From Bdellovibrionales bacterium (GTDB taxonomy: Bacteria > Bdellovibrionota > Bdellovibrionia > Bdellovibrionales > Bdellovibrionaceae), in the NCBI GenBank assembly GCA_031370005.1, contig JANMPT010000065.1, positions 1-27,408 of the forward strand: DNA of 27,408 nt. The letters run 5' to 3'. Position 1 is the stretch's first letter; each line of letters begins with the position of its first letter. Shown piece after piece: positions 24,902-27,408 of this stretch. A program made the position numbers and the translations under genes. The notes under the pieces were generated by a model. The model saw only the letters and a program-made list of their open reading frames with translations. It was not told the DNA's origin and made no database searches.

Positions 24902-25519
24902 ATGAATCAGTCTCTCAAAACACTTCGCCAAATCTTCCTCAAGGGCCTTTTTACTTTTCTGCCCATTGCCATAACAATATACATCCTATACGCCGGGATC
25001 ATGATCATGGAAAGCATGTTGGGAACAACTGTTCAAAGGCTCTTCCCGAGTCTTTATGTTCCAGGCGTTGGCATGATGCTAACAATTGTCTTTATTTTTT
25101 TACTTGGGCTTGTTCTAAATAATATTCTAACCGCAAGTCTTTTTAGCAATATAGAGCGACAATTAATGAAGGTTCCTTTTATCAAGGCAATTTATTCCCC
25201 ATTGAGAGATCTCATGAACTTGTTTTCTCACAATGGCTCCAAGGAATTAAAAAGTGTGGTATTGGTTGAAATTGGTAATGGCGATCTCAAGGCCTTAGGT
25301 CTTGTGACTCGCGATAACTTCAAAGACCTGGGCGTAGGCACACACTTTGAAAACCGCGTCGCCGTTTTTATTCCTTTCAGCTATGGACTGGGAGGCTATA
25401 CCTTACTTGTTCATCGCAGTAAAATTACAGAAATTGATATGCCTGCAGAGAAAGCCATGAGCCTTGCCATCACCGGCTGGGTAAAGGTCGCGCCGAAACT
25501 GGATGGAGAACACAAATGA
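24902..25519 (+). CDS. DUF502-family membrane protein
   Basis: FLKGLFTFLPIAITIY, KVPFIKAIYSPLRDL, VAVFIP, DMPAEKAMSLAITG. Confidence 0.88.
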   Translation: MNQSLKTLRQIFLKGLFTFLPIAITIYILYAGIMIMESMLGTTVQRLFPSLYVPGVGMMLTIVFIFLLGLVLNNILTASLFSNIERQLMKVPFIKAIYSPLRDLMNLFSHNGSKELKSVVLVEIGNGDLKALGLVTRDNFKDLGVGTHFENRVAVFIPFSYGLGGYTLLVHRSKITEIDMPAEKAMSLAITGWVKVAPKLDGEHK

Positions 25520-26913
25520 GCGAAACATCTATGACAACACTCAATAAAGCTCATCGCATCAACCTGAATAGCCACATCTATGGCACTTTTGCTGAAATAG
25601 GCGCAGGCCAAGAGGTCGCAAGACATTTCTTCATGGCGGGCAAAGCCTCGCAAACTGTCGCAAAAACTATCTCAGCATATGACATGACTTTCAGTGACGA
25701 AATCTATGGGCGCGAAAAAAATGGCCGCTACGTCTGCGAATCCAGACTTGAGAAAATGCTAAATCACGAGTTCTCGCTTTTGAATGAGCGACTCAGCACG
25801 AAGCGCGGTCCAAGCACTCAATTCTTTGCTTTTGCAAATACCGTAGCAACAGGTTCAGCCAACGATAAAAAATTCTGCCACGGATGGATGGGTATTCGTT
25901 TTCAAAAACATCCGCAAGGAGCCTTCAACGATATCGTCTTGCATGTCCGAATGCAGGATCGTTATCGCCTGCAACAACAAGAAGCCCTTGGCATCCTGGG
26001 CGTGAACCTTATGGATGCGGCTTTTTATCATACTAACAGCACCGAAGATTTTATTTCTTCCCTTACTGACAACCTAAAAGAAGGTCAAATCATCATTGAC
26101 GTACTACATATCACTGGTGAAAACCTAAAGCACTTCAATCCACATCTTACGAATTTAGAACTGGTCCATAGAGGCTTAGCCGAAGCTATTCTTTTTGGCC
26201 CCAAAAAAGAAATCCTCCATATGTCGGATGCGGTATACAAGAAAGCTGTACTTCTACAAAGGGGCACCTATCGACCCGTGACGAAAACTCACTTGGATGT
26301 ACTTAGTAAGGGCATCAGCCATTTCAAAAAAGATTTCCACCTCACCGAAGCCCATTGCCTTCCGATTATGGAACTCACCATGAGAAACCTGCAAACCGAT
26401 GGCGAGGTTAACCACAAAGATTTCCTAGATCGCATTGAAACCCTATGCGGCCTAGGTCAGTATGTTTTGGTTTCAAACTTTCTTTACTTCTACTCTTTAA
26501 AAACGTTCTTTCGCCAATACACTCAAGAACCCATGGCGATTGTGATTGGGGCTTCTCACCTTGAACGTGTCTTTGATGAGAGCGGCTATAAAGACCTTGT
26601 TGGAGGCCTTCTTGAAGGCCTTGGCAAGCTTCTCGACACCCATACGAAACTTTACGTATACCCTCACAAGACGGATAAGACCTGCCTGACAGCGAAAAAC
26701 TTTTCGCCAACGCCAAACCTGAAGAATATCTATGCTCACTTTAAAGATAACAATCAGATTTGTGACATTGCTGGTTGCGATGAAACCGAAATCTATACGC
26801 ATTCAGATCAGGTCCACGAAATGATTCTCAAAAAAAATCCCCAGTGGGAAGCCCTGGTTCCAACAGGAGTCCGAGACCTTATTCGGAGTAAAAAATTATT
26901 TGGATGCACTTAA
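25516..26913 (+). CDS. Conserved protein with a C-terminal nucleotidyltransferase-like (NadD-like) domain
   Basis: N-terminus YGTFAEIGAGQEVARHFF...KTISAYDM; RGTYRPVTKTH resembles a GxFxPxTxxH motif; C-terminal HSDQVHEMI...WEALVP. Start overlaps the DUF502 stop (ATGA). Confidence 0.75.
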   Translation: MSETSMTTLNKAHRINLNSHIYGTFAEIGAGQEVARHFFMAGKASQTVAKTISAYDMTFSDEIYGREKNGRYVCESRLEKMLNHEFSLLNERLSTKRGPSTQFFAFANTVATGSANDKKFCHGWMGIRFQKHPQGAFNDIVLHVRMQDRYRLQQQEALGILGVNLMDAAFYHTNSTEDFISSLTDNLKEGQIIIDVLHITGENLKHFNPHLTNLELVHRGLAEAILFGPKKEILHMSDAVYKKAVLLQRGTYRPVTKTHLDVLSKGISHFKKDFHLTEAHCLPIMELTMRNLQTDGEVNHKDFLDRIETLCGLGQYVLVSNFLYFYSLKTFFRQYTQEPMAIVIGASHLERVFDESGYKDLVGGLLEGLGKLLDTHTKLYVYPHKTDKTCLTAKNFSPTPNLKNIYAHFKDNNQICDIAGCDETEIYTHSDQVHEMILKKNPQWEALVPTGVRDLIRSKKLFGCT

Positions 26914-26971
26914 GAAAAATGATTTTCGCGCCAAAGCTCCAGACGCCCTTATTTCCAAAGCGCCGTGCGCA

Positions 26972-27081
26972 TGGACAATGAGGCCATCTGAATCCACTCC
27001 CGTTCATCTATTATCTCCTGCTCAAAAAATATTCCGCTTAAGACCAAAGTCTTTATAGATTTCGTAGCAAAAAGACTATAA
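26972..27081 (+). pseudogene. Frameshifted remnant of a LysR-family regulator C-terminus
   Basis: WTMRPSESTPVHLLSPAQK then NIPLKTKVFIDFVAKRL*, joined by adding one A to the A6 run at 27024-27029. This resembles the LysR (CrgA-like) 'PVHLVYP....P.K.R.FIDF' ending. Confidence 0.6.
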
Positions 27082-27197
27082 CCAATTGTCCCGACCTTGA
27101 GCTGAGGCCGGACTCGTCGCCACATAATTTACAGCAGTTCCTTATGAAATCCCAAGCCGTGTGTAGCGCGTCCTTCATGCAGATGAATAAATAAGGG

Positions 27198-27408
27198 CTA
27201 ACCCGTATTGAGCATTTGAATCAACATCGGATCTATCATATCGAAGCCCCAAGGGATAAAGCATCGCTTGGCATCATTGATATTTTTTTTCATGTACCTA
27301 GTAATGTGTTCATAATCCTTGCCCCAGGCAATTAATCGCGTGAAGGGGCGGGCCACCCAGAACTGAGTTTTTTCGTGTGCCGCCGCTGACGATTCGGTAG
27401 CAGCACCG
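27198..27408 (-). CDS. HUH/Y1 tyrosine transposase (IS200/RAYT-like), 3' part entering from the right edge
   Basis: Not in the ORF track. GAATESSAAAHEKTQFWVARPFTRLIAWGKDYEHITRYMKKNINDAKRCF...NTG*. FW..RPFTR.I.WG.D......Y...N fits the Y1 catalytic-Tyr helix. Confidence 0.75.
   Translation of the reverse strand, partial: GAATESSAAAHEKTQFWVARPFTRLIAWGKDYEHITRYMKKNINDAKRCFIPWGFDMIDPMLIQMLNTG
27377..27406. repeat. GC-rich imperfect hairpin inside the transposase ORF
   Basis: GTGCCGCCGCTGA-CGAT-TCGGTAGCAGCAC: 13-bp stem with 9 Watson-Crick pairs, 2 G.T pairs and 2 mismatches. Confidence 0.55.

Noticed and set aside
726..26802. Many 60-111 aa ORFs in the track nested in or antisense to long genes
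   Set aside because: They overlap well-supported CDSs and show no motifs; treated as spurious.
25516..26913. TonB-dependent receptor label that I recall being attached to this family
   Set aside because: No signal peptide, no beta-barrel pattern and no C-terminal Phe.
1..27408. Circular plasmid, phage or composite transposon
   Set aside because: No replication, phage or integrase genes; cargo looks chromosomal; the direct end join is out of frame; no terminal repeat is visible.
1..27408. CRISPR array, tRNA, rRNA or known defence system
   Set aside because: No regularly spaced repeats or RNA-gene signatures were seen. The HNH protein has a signal peptide and no neighbouring methylase or cas genes.

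Overview
A 27.4 kb, low-GC chromosomal segment. I infer a Bdellovibrionota (Bdellovibrio-like) source from the 982-aa class A PutA, sigma28/sigma54 promoters, R-x-[PI]-A-S motif proteins, many secreted hydrolases and lineage-typical Y1 transposases. Both edges fall inside co-oriented, minus-strand HUH/Y1 (IS200/RAYT-like) transposase genes that the ORF track missed. The left edge holds the N-terminal part (HUH motif); the right edge holds the C-terminal part (putative catalytic Tyr) with a GC-rich hairpin in frame. Beside them lie gene remnants and a GC-rich ClcB-like chloride channel. The interior contains putA; an envelope-proteolysis cluster (rhomboid, RDD protein, membrane protein, S41 peptidase) with a stand-alone Fis-type HTH gene; five exported proteins (MepA-like lipoprotein, HNH nuclease, Cys-rich repeat protein, M48 peptidase, unknown); an AraC gene divergent from a FeeM-like acyltransferase with a PilZ-like tail; a NitT/TauT ABC transporter without a binding protein; a complete HK-Hpt-RR phosphorelay; a candidate NlpC/P60-like enzyme; DUF502; and a nucleotidyltransferase-like gene. 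The most notable non-coding signal is a recurring 15-bp palindrome (about GTYTCA-N3-TGAGAC), with four copies at the sigma28 promoter of the Fis-like gene and two beside a sigma54 promoter. I saw no rRNA, tRNA or CRISPR array. All family calls come from motif recognition by eye, not from database searches.
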